From a virus: a stretch of 64,000 nucleotides of DNA. Under the pieces are notes generated by a model. It was not told where the DNA came from and ran no database searches. It saw only the letters and a list, made by a program, of their open reading frames with translations. The DNA lies in IMG/VR virus record IMGVR_UViG_3300022074_000002; one strand, 5' to 3'. Shown here piece after piece: positions 48,436 to 58,017 of the stretch; position 1 is the stretch's first letter, and each line of letters starts with the position of its first letter. Position numbers and translations under genes: made by a program.

Positions 48436-49472
48436 AGATAGCAATTATAACAGATCAACATTTAGATGGACGTAAGGGTTCTCTTCCGTTCTGGAATTTC
48501 TTTCAAAAATTTTATGATAACATATTTTTTCCAGTTCTTGAGAAAGAAGGTATCACAACGGTATTTGACCTTGGCGACACCTTTGATAATAGAAAGTCTC
48601 TGGATTATAATACTTTTAACAGAGTTAAGACTAATTACTTCGAGAGGTTAAAAGATTATAACGTACATATGATTCTTGGTAATCATTGTACTTACTATAA
48701 AAATACTAATAGGATAAATTCTCCTGAGTTATTATTAGAAAACTATGAGAATATAACCATCTATTCTTCACCAGAACATATAACTGTTGGTGGTAAAAAT
48801 TTTCTTATGATGCCTTGGATTAATTCTGAGAATAAGAAAGAAGCAGTAGAAACTATGAAGAGTAGTAATGCTGACATCATGTGTAGTCACATGGAAGTTG
48901 ATGGTTTTGAAGTTACACCAGGCATGCATTTTGATGGTGGATTTTCTGTTAGTGATTTTAAAAACTTTGATCGTGTATGGTCAGGACATTTCCATCACAA
49001 ATCAAAAAGAGGTAATGTACAATACCTTGGAAATCCTTATCAGATGTATTGGAATGATTACAAAGATTCTCGTGGATTTCATATCTATGATACTGAAACT
49101 GATAGACTTAAATTTGTCAGAAATCCTTACGAAATATTTGACAAGATCTTCTACGATGATGCCAAATATGACTACAACAAATCAAATGTATCTGATTATA
49201 AAGACAAGTACATCAAGATTATTGTTGAAGAAAAACGTGACTACCAAATGTTCGAGACATTGGTTGATCGCCTTTACAACGTAGGAGCACATGATGTTAA
49301 GATAGTGGAAACCCTAGTTGACACAGATGACATTGATGATGTAGACTTAAAGACTAAGGATACAATGACTCTCTTGAATGAATATATTGACGAGGTGGAT
49401 ATCGCTGTAGACAAATCTTCACTCAAGAATGTCATGAGATCCCTATATATTGAAAGTTGTAACGTTGGATAA
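48432..49472 (+). CDS. g47: Recombination endonuclease subunit gp47 (Mre11/SbcD-like)
   Basis: IITDQH, DLGDTFDNR, ILGNH, SGHFHH, YLGNPYQ. Confidence 0.95.
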   Translation: MKIAIITDQHLDGRKGSLPFWNFFQKFYDNIFFPVLEKEGITTVFDLGDTFDNRKSLDYNTFNRVKTNYFERLKDYNVHMILGNHCTYYKNTNRINSPELLLENYENITIYSSPEHITVGGKNFLMMPWINSENKKEAVETMKSSNADIMCSHMEVDGFEVTPGMHFDGGFSVSDFKNFDRVWSGHFHHKSKRGNVQYLGNPYQMYWNDYKDSRGFHIYDTETDRLKFVRNPYEIFDKIFYDDAKYDYNKSNVSDYKDKYIKIIVEEKRDYQMFETLVDRLYNVGAHDVKIVETLVDTDDIDDVDLKTKDTMTLLNEYIDEVDIAVDKSSLKNVMRSLYIESCNVG

Positions 49473-49735
49473 TGTATGTACTTACACTGGAAAACCATGC
49501 AGAAGGAGTCTATTCTTTGTTTGATGCAGATAAGAATAGAGTCGTTCCCATATTTCAATTAGAAGATGATGCAAATAGATATCTTACAATGTTAGAAAAT
49601 ATATCAGAATATCCTTCCATGAGGGTTGTGGAAATGGAAGATCATGTTATAATAGGAGCATGTCAAGATCGTGGACAAAAATTTTCCATCATCACACCTG
49701 ACGATTTTATAATACCACCTGACGATTTAGAATGA
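49472..49735 (+). CDS. DUF3110-like cyanobacterial-type protein
   Basis: EGVYSL...IFQLEDDANRY..ML...IIPP. Confidence 0.5.
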   Translation: MYVLTLENHAEGVYSLFDADKNRVVPIFQLEDDANRYLTMLENISEYPSMRVVEMEDHVIIGACQDRGQKFSIITPDDFIIPPDDLE

Positions 49736-51477
49736 TAGTTTTTGAAAAAATCCGTTGGAAGAATTTTCTCTCAACTGGAAATGTTTTTAGTGAGATTGAC
49801 TTTACAGAAGGAAGAACAAATTTAATCGTTGGTAGTAACGGTGCGGGTAAGAGTACCATCTTGGATGCTCTTACTTTTTCTTTGTTTGCTAGACCGTTTC
49901 GTAAAATTAGTAAGAGTATGTTGATCAATAGTATCAACGAAAAGGATTGTACAGTAGAGATAGAATTTTCTATTGGTAAGAATGAATATAAAGTTGTTCG
50001 TGCCATGAAACCAAATAAGTTTGAGATCTATCATAATGGTGTGTTATGGGATAAGGAGAGTTCTGTAAACGAACAACAAAAGAATTTTGAGAACAGTGTT
50101 CTTAAGATGAACTACAAATCATTTACACAGATTGTGGTACTAGGATCATCTACGTTCGTACCATTTATGAAGTTGTCTGTACCACAGAGACGAGAGATCA
50201 TAGAAGATATACTAGACATACAAGTATTCTCTACTATGAATTTGTTACTAAAAGACAGAGTGAAAGAGAACAATGTAGAGATACGTGATGTAGATTATCA
50301 AATAGATTTATTAAAAGATAAGATAGAGTTGCAGAAGCAGCACATGTTAACTTTAGAAAAGAGAACTGAAGAAGATATCAAGAAGAGACAAAAGCAAATA
50401 GAAGAATTTCAAACAACAGAGACGTGTGGTACAGAAGAAGTTTTGATTCTAACACAACAAATCGAAAGACTTAATAAAGAAATGAAAGAGTATTCTAAGT
50501 CCAGTGAGAAGTTGAAGAAGTTGAACACGTTTTTAATAAAGTTGACACATAAGTTGAACACATGCGAGAAAGATCGTAAGTTCTTTGAAGACCATGATGT
50601 TTGTCCTACTTGTTCTCAAGAACTAGAAAAAGAATTTGTTGCTACTATGACAAATGATTTGGATGATAAGATAAAAGACATCAGTTTTGGTAAAGACGAA
50701 CTACTAGAAGCAATAGAACAAGAAGAAAATAGATTAGAAAAATTTACTGAGTTGTCAACTGAAGTAAACAATATCAATACAACTATTAGTCAGACTAATT
50801 TTCAACTCATGACTATCAGGAAACAAATAACTGATATTGAAAAAGAGATAAAGGAATTGGAAGGAACTAATCCTGACAAAAAAGCAGAGTACAATAAATT
50901 AGAAACATTTATAAAAGATAAAAAGAATTTCTCTAGACAATATTCTGATCTAAAGAAAGATGGTGATGTCCTGACAACAGCAGGACAACTACTTAAGGAC
51001 AATGGGATAAAGACTAGGATTATCAAGACTTATCTCCCTACAATGAATAAGTTAATTAACGATTTCTTACAAAGGATGGAGTTTTATGTCAATTTTACCC
51101 TTGATGAGAACTTTGAAGAAATAATTAAGAGTAGATACAGGGATATATTTTCATATGATTCGTTCTCAGAAGGAGAAAAAGCTCGCATTGATATTGCTCT
51201 TCTGCTCACTTGGCGTAGTATTGCTAAGCTTAAGAATAGCGTCGATACTAATTTACTTATCTTAGATGAGATATTTGATGGATCACTAGATCAAACTGGT
51301 ACATCTGATCTAGGATGGATCCTGAGAAATTTTGATGAGAACACAAAAGTTTATGTAATTAGTCATAAACAGAATTTAGATGATAAGTTTGATAGAACTA
51401 TAACAGTAGAGAAGAATAAAAACTATTCTACACTGGGTGTGACAGTTAACGAAGTTACACACTCACTGGTTGGGTAG
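49732..51477 (+). CDS. g46: Recombination ATPase gp46 (Rad50/SbcC-like)
   Basis: GSNGAGKS (Walker A), Q-loop, CPTC zinc hook, FSEGEK signature, LILDE, ISH. Confidence 0.97.
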   Translation: MIVFEKIRWKNFLSTGNVFSEIDFTEGRTNLIVGSNGAGKSTILDALTFSLFARPFRKISKSMLINSINEKDCTVEIEFSIGKNEYKVVRAMKPNKFEIYHNGVLWDKESSVNEQQKNFENSVLKMNYKSFTQIVVLGSSTFVPFMKLSVPQRREIIEDILDIQVFSTMNLLLKDRVKENNVEIRDVDYQIDLLKDKIELQKQHMLTLEKRTEEDIKKRQKQIEEFQTTETCGTEEVLILTQQIERLNKEMKEYSKSSEKLKKLNTFLIKLTHKLNTCEKDRKFFEDHDVCPTCSQELEKEFVATMTNDLDDKIKDISFGKDELLEAIEQEENRLEKFTELSTEVNNINTTISQTNFQLMTIRKQITDIEKEIKELEGTNPDKKAEYNKLETFIKDKKNFSRQYSDLKKDGDVLTTAGQLLKDNGIKTRIIKTYLPTMNKLINDFLQRMEFYVNFTLDENFEEIIKSRYRDIFSYDSFSEGEKARIDIALLLTWRSIAKLKNSVDTNLLILDEIFDGSLDQTGTSDLGWILRNFDENTKVYVISHKQNLDDKFDRTITVEKNKNYSTLGVTVNEVTHSLVG

Positions 51478-51496
51478 CAAAAATATCTGTTATCAT
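51443..51496 (+). promoter_or_regulatory. Early-type promoter with upstream CAGTTAAC element
   Basis: CAGTTAAC at 51443 and extended -10 TGtTATCAT (TATCAT at 51491); same 48-nt spacing as the copy at 53712. Confidence 0.5.
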
Positions 51497-51519
51497 GTGT
51501 ATATACAAAGCACAGGCAC

Positions 51520-53718
51520 ATGGCAAACAAAGAAATCAAAGGCAATCTAGCAAGACTCCTCGCAACAGAGAATCTTGTTGTTGAGCACAAACAAACACCT
51601 ACAGCATACTTCAATGTTGATTCTAGAGTCCTAGTTCTTCCAAAGTGGGACAAAGCATCTGACGTCGTGTATGATATGCTTGTAGGTCATGAGGTAGGAC
51701 ATGCATTGTTCACACCTAACGTAGACTTCAGAGAGCAAGTATCTTGTCCACAAGATTACGTCAATGTTATTGAGGATGCTCGTATCGAGAAACTCATGAA
51801 GCGTAAGTATCCTGGTCTTAAGAAATCTTTTGTTGGTGGTTACACAGAACTCAATGACAAAGACTTCTTCCAGATCTTTGACAAAGACCTTACAGAGTTT
51901 TCTCTTATTGATCGTATCAATCTACATTTCAAGTTAGGTGCTCACGCTATGATGCCTTTTGAAGGTGCTGAGTATGTGTTTGTTGCTCGTGCTGACCTTG
52001 CTGAGACTTTTGATGAAGTGTGTAAGATTGCACAAGATGTTTATAACTATGCTAAGACACAAGAAGATGAGAAAGAGAAAACTGAAGTGCCTGTTTCTCA
52101 AACTCCATCTTCTACTGGTGGCGATAAAGAGTCTGATGACGAAGAAGGTTTTGGTAAATTACAAACTTCTGCTGAAGGTCAGAAGAGTGGTGGTTCCTCA
52201 GGAGTAGATCTAGAGGATGTTCAAGATGACTGGTATGATGAGGATGGTAACATGACCGAACCTGATGATGAGTTACTAAGTGACTTACTAGATGGTGAAG
52301 GTGAAGAGAATGAAGGTGGTATTGATAGTTCTTCTACACAGCAAGCATTCAATGAAGCACAAGAAAATCTTTCTTCTACTGATCATGGTACACCAACTAC
52401 TTACATTGAGATACCAGAAAATGTTGACACTTCTAAGCACGTTGTAGATTGGAAAACAATCCATGGTTGGATTGATTCTCAAAGAGATGAGAGAGATGAT
52501 TTTACTGATGTTGACGAAGACTATAGAAAGTTTCGTAAGCAATCTCAGAAAGAAGTAAACTATATGGTCAAAGAGTTTGAGTGTCGTAAATCTGCTGATG
52601 CATATGCACGTGCTTCTACTGCTAAGACAGGTGTTCTAAACACAGGTATGCTTCACACATACAAGTACAACGAAGATCTATTCAAGAGAGTTACAGTTAT
52701 TCCTGATGGTAAGAATCATGGTATGATCTTTGTTCTTGATTGGTCTGGTTCAATGTGCTATGAGTTGCTTTCTACTGCAAAGCAATTAATCAACCTAACT
52801 TCATTCTGTAAGAAAGTACAAATACCTTTTGAAGTATATGCTTTCACAAATGAGTGGGGTGCAGCACAACGTGCTATCGACAATGATGCTACTATAGCAC
52901 AAGACACACCATACTATCGTACATACCATGATGTTGATGAAAAAGAATTAGATAAAAACAAGTTCTATATTGACTCTTGGTTCTACCTAATGAACTTTGT
53001 TTCATCACGTTCTAATGGTAAAGACTACGAGCGTATGTGTCTAAATCTATTTCGTGAAGCATCTAAGCACAGAAGATATGGTTCATACTCATCAACAATA
53101 GGTCTTGGTTTATCTGGAACTCCATTGAATGAGTCAATCGTTATGCTCAACCACATTCTTCCTACATTCAAAAAAGATAACAACTTACAAAAAGTAAACG
53201 TATGTATCTTAACTGATGGCGAAGCATGCACCAGTGCTTATGGTGCTGAGTATGATAGAGGAGAAGGTGAAATTGTAATTCGTGCACGTCGTATTGACTA
53301 TGGTGTAGCATTACGTGACCGTACAACTGGACGTACATACGAACAGTTTACATACAGCACTACTACTAACGTTTTCCTTAAGCAATTACGTGATCGTAAT
53401 CCTGATGTAAATGTTCTTGGATTTCGTATCTTAGCAGGTAGTTCTCTTATGAATTTTGTTTCTAACTATGGTTCACCAGACTGCAACTATGCTGAGATTC
53501 AAAAGGAATGGAAGAAAGAGAAGTCTGCAGTTATCAAGAATCCTGCAGGATTTACTGAACTCTATGCTATCAATAACAAAGCACTTGACAATGACACAGA
53601 GTTCGTTGTAAAAGACAATGCTAAAAAAGGTGACATCACCAGAGCATTCAAAAAAATGCTTGCTAACAAATCTGTTAACAAAAAATTACTTAACGCATTC
53701 GTAAGTAAGGTCAGTTAA
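51520..53718 (+). CDS. CobT-like protein: HExxH metallopeptidase-like N-terminus, acidic linker, VWA (MIDAS) domain
   Basis: GHEVGH, NVIEDARIE, a D/E-rich linker, FVLDWSGSM, LSGTPL, ILTDGE. Confidence 0.8.
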   Translation: MANKEIKGNLARLLATENLVVEHKQTPTAYFNVDSRVLVLPKWDKASDVVYDMLVGHEVGHALFTPNVDFREQVSCPQDYVNVIEDARIEKLMKRKYPGLKKSFVGGYTELNDKDFFQIFDKDLTEFSLIDRINLHFKLGAHAMMPFEGAEYVFVARADLAETFDEVCKIAQDVYNYAKTQEDEKEKTEVPVSQTPSSTGGDKESDDEEGFGKLQTSAEGQKSGGSSGVDLEDVQDDWYDEDGNMTEPDDELLSDLLDGEGEENEGGIDSSSTQQAFNEAQENLSSTDHGTPTTYIEIPENVDTSKHVVDWKTIHGWIDSQRDERDDFTDVDEDYRKFRKQSQKEVNYMVKEFECRKSADAYARASTAKTGVLNTGMLHTYKYNEDLFKRVTVIPDGKNHGMIFVLDWSGSMCYELLSTAKQLINLTSFCKKVQIPFEVYAFTNEWGAAQRAIDNDATIAQDTPYYRTYHDVDEKELDKNKFYIDSWFYLMNFVSSRSNGKDYERMCLNLFREASKHRRYGSYSSTIGLGLSGTPLNESIVMLNHILPTFKKDNNLQKVNVCILTDGEACTSAYGAEYDRGEGEIVIRARRIDYGVALRDRTTGRTYEQFTYSTTTNVFLKQLRDRNPDVNVLGFRILAGSSLMNFVSNYGSPDCNYAEIQKEWKKEKSAVIKNPAGFTELYAINNKALDNDTEFVVKDNAKKGDITRAFKKMLANKSVNKKLLNAFVSKVS

Positions 53719-53765
53719 CAAACTGTCCACTAGGGGTGGCAACACCCCTTACTATCCATTATACT
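53712..53765 (+). promoter_or_regulatory. Early-type promoter with upstream CAGTTAAC element and internal hairpin
   Basis: CAGTTAACAAACTG at 53712, hairpin AGGGGTG-GCAA-CACCCCT (53732-53749), TATACT at 53760. Confidence 0.55.
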
Positions 53766-53790
53766 AAGTACAACAACAACAAATCTTAAA

Positions 53791-54888
53791 ATGCCATTCG
53801 CTCCTATTCCTGTAACAACTGAAGACTTCGTTACATACTTGACAGAAAACTTCGGTACAGAAGTTAACACAAAAAATTTATTTCAAGCGTCAGAGCATTT
53901 TAATTGTTCACTCGCTACAGTAAAGAAAAGACTTAAGCAATACAAACAAGGTATTGGTAAGTGGGATCTAACTATCCAAGAAAAACTTGAGATCACTTAC
54001 AATGCTCCTTCTGCATCTCCTGCTATTGTAGAGAATCTAATTCCTGACAAAGATCCTAACTTTGTTCCATTCGGTAACTTCTCTGATGTCAAGAGGATTA
54101 TTCAATCAGGTATCTTCTACCCCACATTCATCACAGGTCTATCAGGTAATGGTAAGACTCTAGGTATAGAACAAGCATGTGCACTGCTCAAAAAAGAATT
54201 GATCAGAGTCAACATCACTATCGAAACAGACGAAGACGATCTTATCGGTGGATTCAGACTTGTCAACGGTGAGACAGTATGGCACAACGGTCCTGTTATC
54301 GAAGCACTTGAAAGAGGTGCTATCCTTCTTCTTGATGAGGTTGACCTAGCATCTAACAAGATACTTTGTTTACAATCTGTACTAGAGGGTAAAGGTTTAT
54401 TCTTAAAGAAGACTGGTCGTTATGTAGAGCGTCGTTCTGGTTTCAACATATTTGCTACAGCAAATACTAAAGGTAAAGGATCTGAGGATGGTAGATTCAT
54501 CGGTACTAATGTATTGAACGAAGCATTCCTTGAGAGATTTGCATTGACATTTGAGCAAGACTATCCTACTGTTGCTACAGAGACAAAGATTCTTGAGAAA
54601 GCAGCATCATCACTTGCTGTTCTTGACAAAGAGTTTTGTTCCCACCTTGCTAACTGGGCAGACATCATCCGTAGAACATTTAACGATGGTGGTGTTGACG
54701 AAGTTATCTCAACACGTAGACTTGTACACATCATCAGAGCATTTGCTATCTGGCAAGATCGTATGAAAGCAATCAAAGTTTGCACCAATCGTTTTGATGA
54801 CGAGACAAAGCAATCATTCTTAGAATTATATGATAAGATAGATGCAGATGTAGTTCCAAACGAGGTAGAAAATGAAGCAACCGTTTGA
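53791..54888 (+). CDS. cobS: CobS-like MoxR-type AAA+ ATPase
   Basis: GLSGNGKT, ETDEDDLIGG, LLLDEVD, ATANTKGKG, NEAFLERF. Confidence 0.9.
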   Translation: MPFAPIPVTTEDFVTYLTENFGTEVNTKNLFQASEHFNCSLATVKKRLKQYKQGIGKWDLTIQEKLEITYNAPSASPAIVENLIPDKDPNFVPFGNFSDVKRIIQSGIFYPTFITGLSGNGKTLGIEQACALLKKELIRVNITIETDEDDLIGGFRLVNGETVWHNGPVIEALERGAILLLDEVDLASNKILCLQSVLEGKGLFLKKTGRYVERRSGFNIFATANTKGKGSEDGRFIGTNVLNEAFLERFALTFEQDYPTVATETKILEKAASSLAVLDKEFCSHLANWADIIRRTFNDGGVDEVISTRRLVHIIRAFAIWQDRMKAIKVCTNRFDDETKQSFLELYDKIDADVVPNEVENEATV

Positions 54889-55057
54889 TGGTTATCTAGG
54901 ACACATCCTCCGTCTTAAAGACGGTAGGAGTGTTCGTATCTTAGGTGATGATGGCAGTGAATGGTCATCAACACATAAAATAAATGTTGTTGACCTTGAC
55001 GGAAATGAATTTCAATGCTATCATAGTGACATAGATCATGTATGGAGTGAGAATTGA
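54872..55057 (+). CDS. Small hypothetical protein
   Basis: 61-aa ORF overlapping its neighbours. Confidence 0.5.
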   Translation: MKQPFDGYLGHILRLKDGRSVRILGDDGSEWSSTHKINVVDLDGNEFQCYHSDIDHVWSEN

Positions 55058-55365
55058 AATACAATGAGCAAGAGATCTTGAAACAGATCTCAGAGTACAT
55101 CTCTAGTACCTATGGTGCACACTACAGTAAACATGGAATCCAAACATTGGATCTCATTGATTCTGTTGGTGATGCTGAAGCATTCTGTAGGTCTAACATT
55201 TTGAAATATGCTTCAAGGTATGATAGAAAGGGAACAGCAAGAAAAGATCTATTTAAAATAGTTCACTATGCTGTTCTCCTTCTACATTTTAGCGATAAGT
55301 CTGCTAGAGCAGCAGAACTAAACGCAAACACACCTACAACCTTTTCAGTAGATTATGACAAATGA
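55054..55365 (+). CDS. DUF3310-like protein
   Basis: HYS..GIQTLDLI, FCRSNILKYASRY.RKG...DL.K..HY. Confidence 0.65.
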   Translation: MKYNEQEILKQISEYISSTYGAHYSKHGIQTLDLIDSVGDAEAFCRSNILKYASRYDRKGTARKDLFKIVHYAVLLLHFSDKSARAAELNANTPTTFSVDYDK

Positions 55366-56036
55366 GTAAAGTAACATTATCCAAAAAAACATTAGACGTT
55401 CTTAAGAACTTTTCGACTATCAATTCATCAATTGTATTTCGTCAAGGTTCAACAGTTAGAACTATATCTAACGCAGAAAACATTTTAGCAAAGTTTACTG
55501 GCGAAGAAGTATTTCCTTCTGATTTTGCAATCTATGATTTGAGTCAGTTCTTGATGGGTATATCTTTGTTCAATGATCCACAGTTAGAGTTTACAAGTAA
55601 AGATTTTGTAAACATTAAAGGTGGTCGTCAATGTGCTAAGTATTATTTTTCTGATCCTGAGATCACATTAAAGAGTGCACCAGAAAAGAATGTAAAATTT
55701 CCTGGTTCTGATATACAATTTTCTCTTACTGCTGAGGATTTAGTTAACATCCAAAAAGCATCTGCAGTTTATAGTTTACCTGATCTAACTTTCTATTCAG
55801 AAGAAGGATCAGATGTTATTAAATTAATTCTGAGAGACAAAGAAAATGATACCAGTAATACTTACGATCTCTCTGTCAAGGGTACTACTACTGGCACCTT
55901 TTCTCTTGACCTTAAGATTGAGAACATTCGTGTTCTACCAAGTGACTATGTTGTTAAAGTATCTCAACAATTGATCTCTGAGTGGACAAGTCAAGATGCA
56001 GACCTCAAGTATTTTATTGCCCTTGAACCCGCATGA
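55362..56036 (+). CDS. g45: Sliding clamp gp45
   Basis: TL.VLKNFSTINSSI, FAIYDLSQFL, YYFSDP, LKYFIALE. Confidence 0.95.
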   Translation: MSKVTLSKKTLDVLKNFSTINSSIVFRQGSTVRTISNAENILAKFTGEEVFPSDFAIYDLSQFLMGISLFNDPQLEFTSKDFVNIKGGRQCAKYYFSDPEITLKSAPEKNVKFPGSDIQFSLTAEDLVNIQKASAVYSLPDLTFYSEEGSDVIKLILRDKENDTSNTYDLSVKGTTTGTFSLDLKIENIRVLPSDYVVKVSQQLISEWTSQDADLKYFIALEPA

Positions 56037-56656
56037 TGTTACATAAAGTTTTTTATGTTCCTATATTTACTTTTAGATTTGATAAGCATGAAATCTATGA
56101 CTTCTCTGATATAGAAAAACAGGGAAGAATAGATAGTCGTCCTAAAGGATGGACAACATCTGTCAATTCTACTTATCCTTTTATTACTGACAACGATAGA
56201 TTAATATCTACTGATGTCAGAGATAATTTGATAAGAGATTTATCAAAACAAATTAAAAAACTTTTTATATCGAATGGTATACCAGATAAGTTTGTTGTTA
56301 ATAATTTCTGGTATAATGTATATCATGAGAATCAAGGGCAAGAACCACATACACACTTGACAGGTTGTATGGAACAAACACCGTACTGGTGTGGTATCTA
56401 TTATAATAAAGGTGCTACACCAACAACGTTTTTCCGTCCAGATTCTAACAATAGAGTTCATCAGTTCCCATATCAAAGTGAGGACTTTAGAGAATACTTT
56501 GCTGATAGTTTACAACCAAATTTACATGATGGGGATGTAATATTATTCCCACCATATTTAAAGCATTGCGTTGACTTGACAACCAGTGCTAATATGAGAT
56601 TAACATTTTCTTTTAATTTACAATTACATAATGAGCAAAGAGTTCCTTTGGGTTGA
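56033..56656 (+). CDS. Putative 2OG-Fe(II) oxygenase (TIGR02466-like)
   Basis: FWYNVY...QGQEPHTH, WCGIYY, GDVILFPPYLKHCV, RLTFSFN. Confidence 0.8.
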   Translation: MMLHKVFYVPIFTFRFDKHEIYDFSDIEKQGRIDSRPKGWTTSVNSTYPFITDNDRLISTDVRDNLIRDLSKQIKKLFISNGIPDKFVVNNFWYNVYHENQGQEPHTHLTGCMEQTPYWCGIYYNKGATPTTFFRPDSNNRVHQFPYQSEDFREYFADSLQPNLHDGDVILFPPYLKHCVDLTTSANMRLTFSFNLQLHNEQRVPLG

Positions 56657-57575
56657 GAAGTATCGACCTAACAAAGTCAAAGATTGTATCCTACCAGATA
56701 CAACACGTAATGTCTTTCAAGGTTTTGTTGAACAAGGAGAACTACCTAACTTGCTATTGAGTGGTACAGCAGGAGTGGGTAAGACCACTATTGCTAAGGC
56801 AATGTGTGAAGAGATAGGAGCATCATACATTGTCATCAATGGATCTGACGAAGGTCGTTTTCTAGACACAGTTAGAAATCGTGTAAGACAGTTTGCTACA
56901 ACTGTATCATTGACATCAGGTGCATCACATAAAGTTGTTATCATTGACGAAGCAGATAACACTACTAACGATGTACAACTGTCATTGAGAACTGCTGTAG
57001 AAGAGTTTCATAACAACTGTCGTTTTATATTCACATGTAATTTTATCAATAAGATTATTGAACCATTACATTCTAGATGTACAGTTGTAGATTTCAGAAT
57101 CAAACCTGAGCAATCAACACAATTACAAGGAGAGTTCTTTGTAAGGTTGAGAAGTATACTCACAAAAGAAAAGGTTGAGTATGATGATAAAGTTTTAGCA
57201 AAACTTATCAAAAGATATTATCCAGATTGGCGAAGACTTATAAATGAATGTCAACGCTATGCTGCTACAGGTGCTATTACATCTGCAATTCTTGTTGATG
57301 TTGCTGATGTAAATTTAGATACTTTACTATCATCACTTAAGAAAAAAGAATTTACTACAGTAAAGAGTTGGGTAGTACAACATATGGATAATGATCCTAC
57401 CATGGTCATGCGTAAGATCTATGATAGTTTGTATGGTGTATTGAAACCCGCATCTATACCAGAGGCAGTTTTAATTATTGCAAAGTATATGAACAGTATC
57501 CCTATTGTTCCTGACCAAGAAATAAATTTGTTAGCATGTCTCACAGAAATCATGATGAGTTGTGAATTCAAATGA
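56631..57575 (+). CDS. g44: Clamp loader large subunit gp44
   Basis: LWVEKYRP, GTAGVGKTT, IIDEAD, LHSRC. Confidence 0.96.
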   Translation: MSKEFLWVEKYRPNKVKDCILPDTTRNVFQGFVEQGELPNLLLSGTAGVGKTTIAKAMCEEIGASYIVINGSDEGRFLDTVRNRVRQFATTVSLTSGASHKVVIIDEADNTTNDVQLSLRTAVEEFHNNCRFIFTCNFINKIIEPLHSRCTVVDFRIKPEQSTQLQGEFFVRLRSILTKEKVEYDDKVLAKLIKRYYPDWRRLINECQRYAATGAITSAILVDVADVNLDTLLSSLKKKEFTTVKSWVVQHMDNDPTMVMRKIYDSLYGVLKPASIPEAVLIIAKYMNSIPIVPDQEINLLACLTEIMMSCEFK

Positions 57576-57937
57576 AGATCTGTAGAACATGTAAAAAAGA
57601 AAAGGAGGACATTGCCTTTGAAATAACAACTGTTACAGCAAAGAAAACATATCGTCATGGTATGTGTTACGAATGTAGAAAGGTTGTTAGGAAGGTAGAG
57701 CGAGACCTAAAGAAAATACATGGTAAAACAAAACCTTTAGGAACTCCATGTGATTGTTGTGGTAGGACAGATCTACAATTAGTTTTAGATCATTGTCATG
57801 AAACAGGAAAACTACGTGGATTTTTATGTAAAGTATGTAATACTAGTATAGGTGCACTAGGTGATAATCTAGAAGGCATTGAACGAGCAAGAAATTATTT
57901 GGTTGAAGCAATTATTTGGGAGGGTAAGAAACCATGA
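57572..57937 (+). mobile_element. Free-standing endonuclease VII-like (His-Me finger) putative homing endonuclease
   Basis: N-terminal CxxC..CxxC, then CDCCG...LVLDHCHETGKLRGFLCKVCNTSIG (DH.H...RG.LC..CN signature). Confidence 0.75.
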
Positions 57938-58017
57938 ATCACATTGGATTGGAAGTTGTATTTTGGACAGTGTTATCAGTATATCTCCTTGCTAAACTTG
58001 GAGTATTCAGAAAATGA
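57934..58017 (+). CDS. Tiny membrane peptide (27 aa)
   Basis: Hand-translated MNHIGLEVVFWTVLSVYLLAKLGVFRK; ATGA overlaps at both ends. Confidence 0.5.
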   Translation: MNHIGLEVVFWTVLSVYLLAKLGVFRK

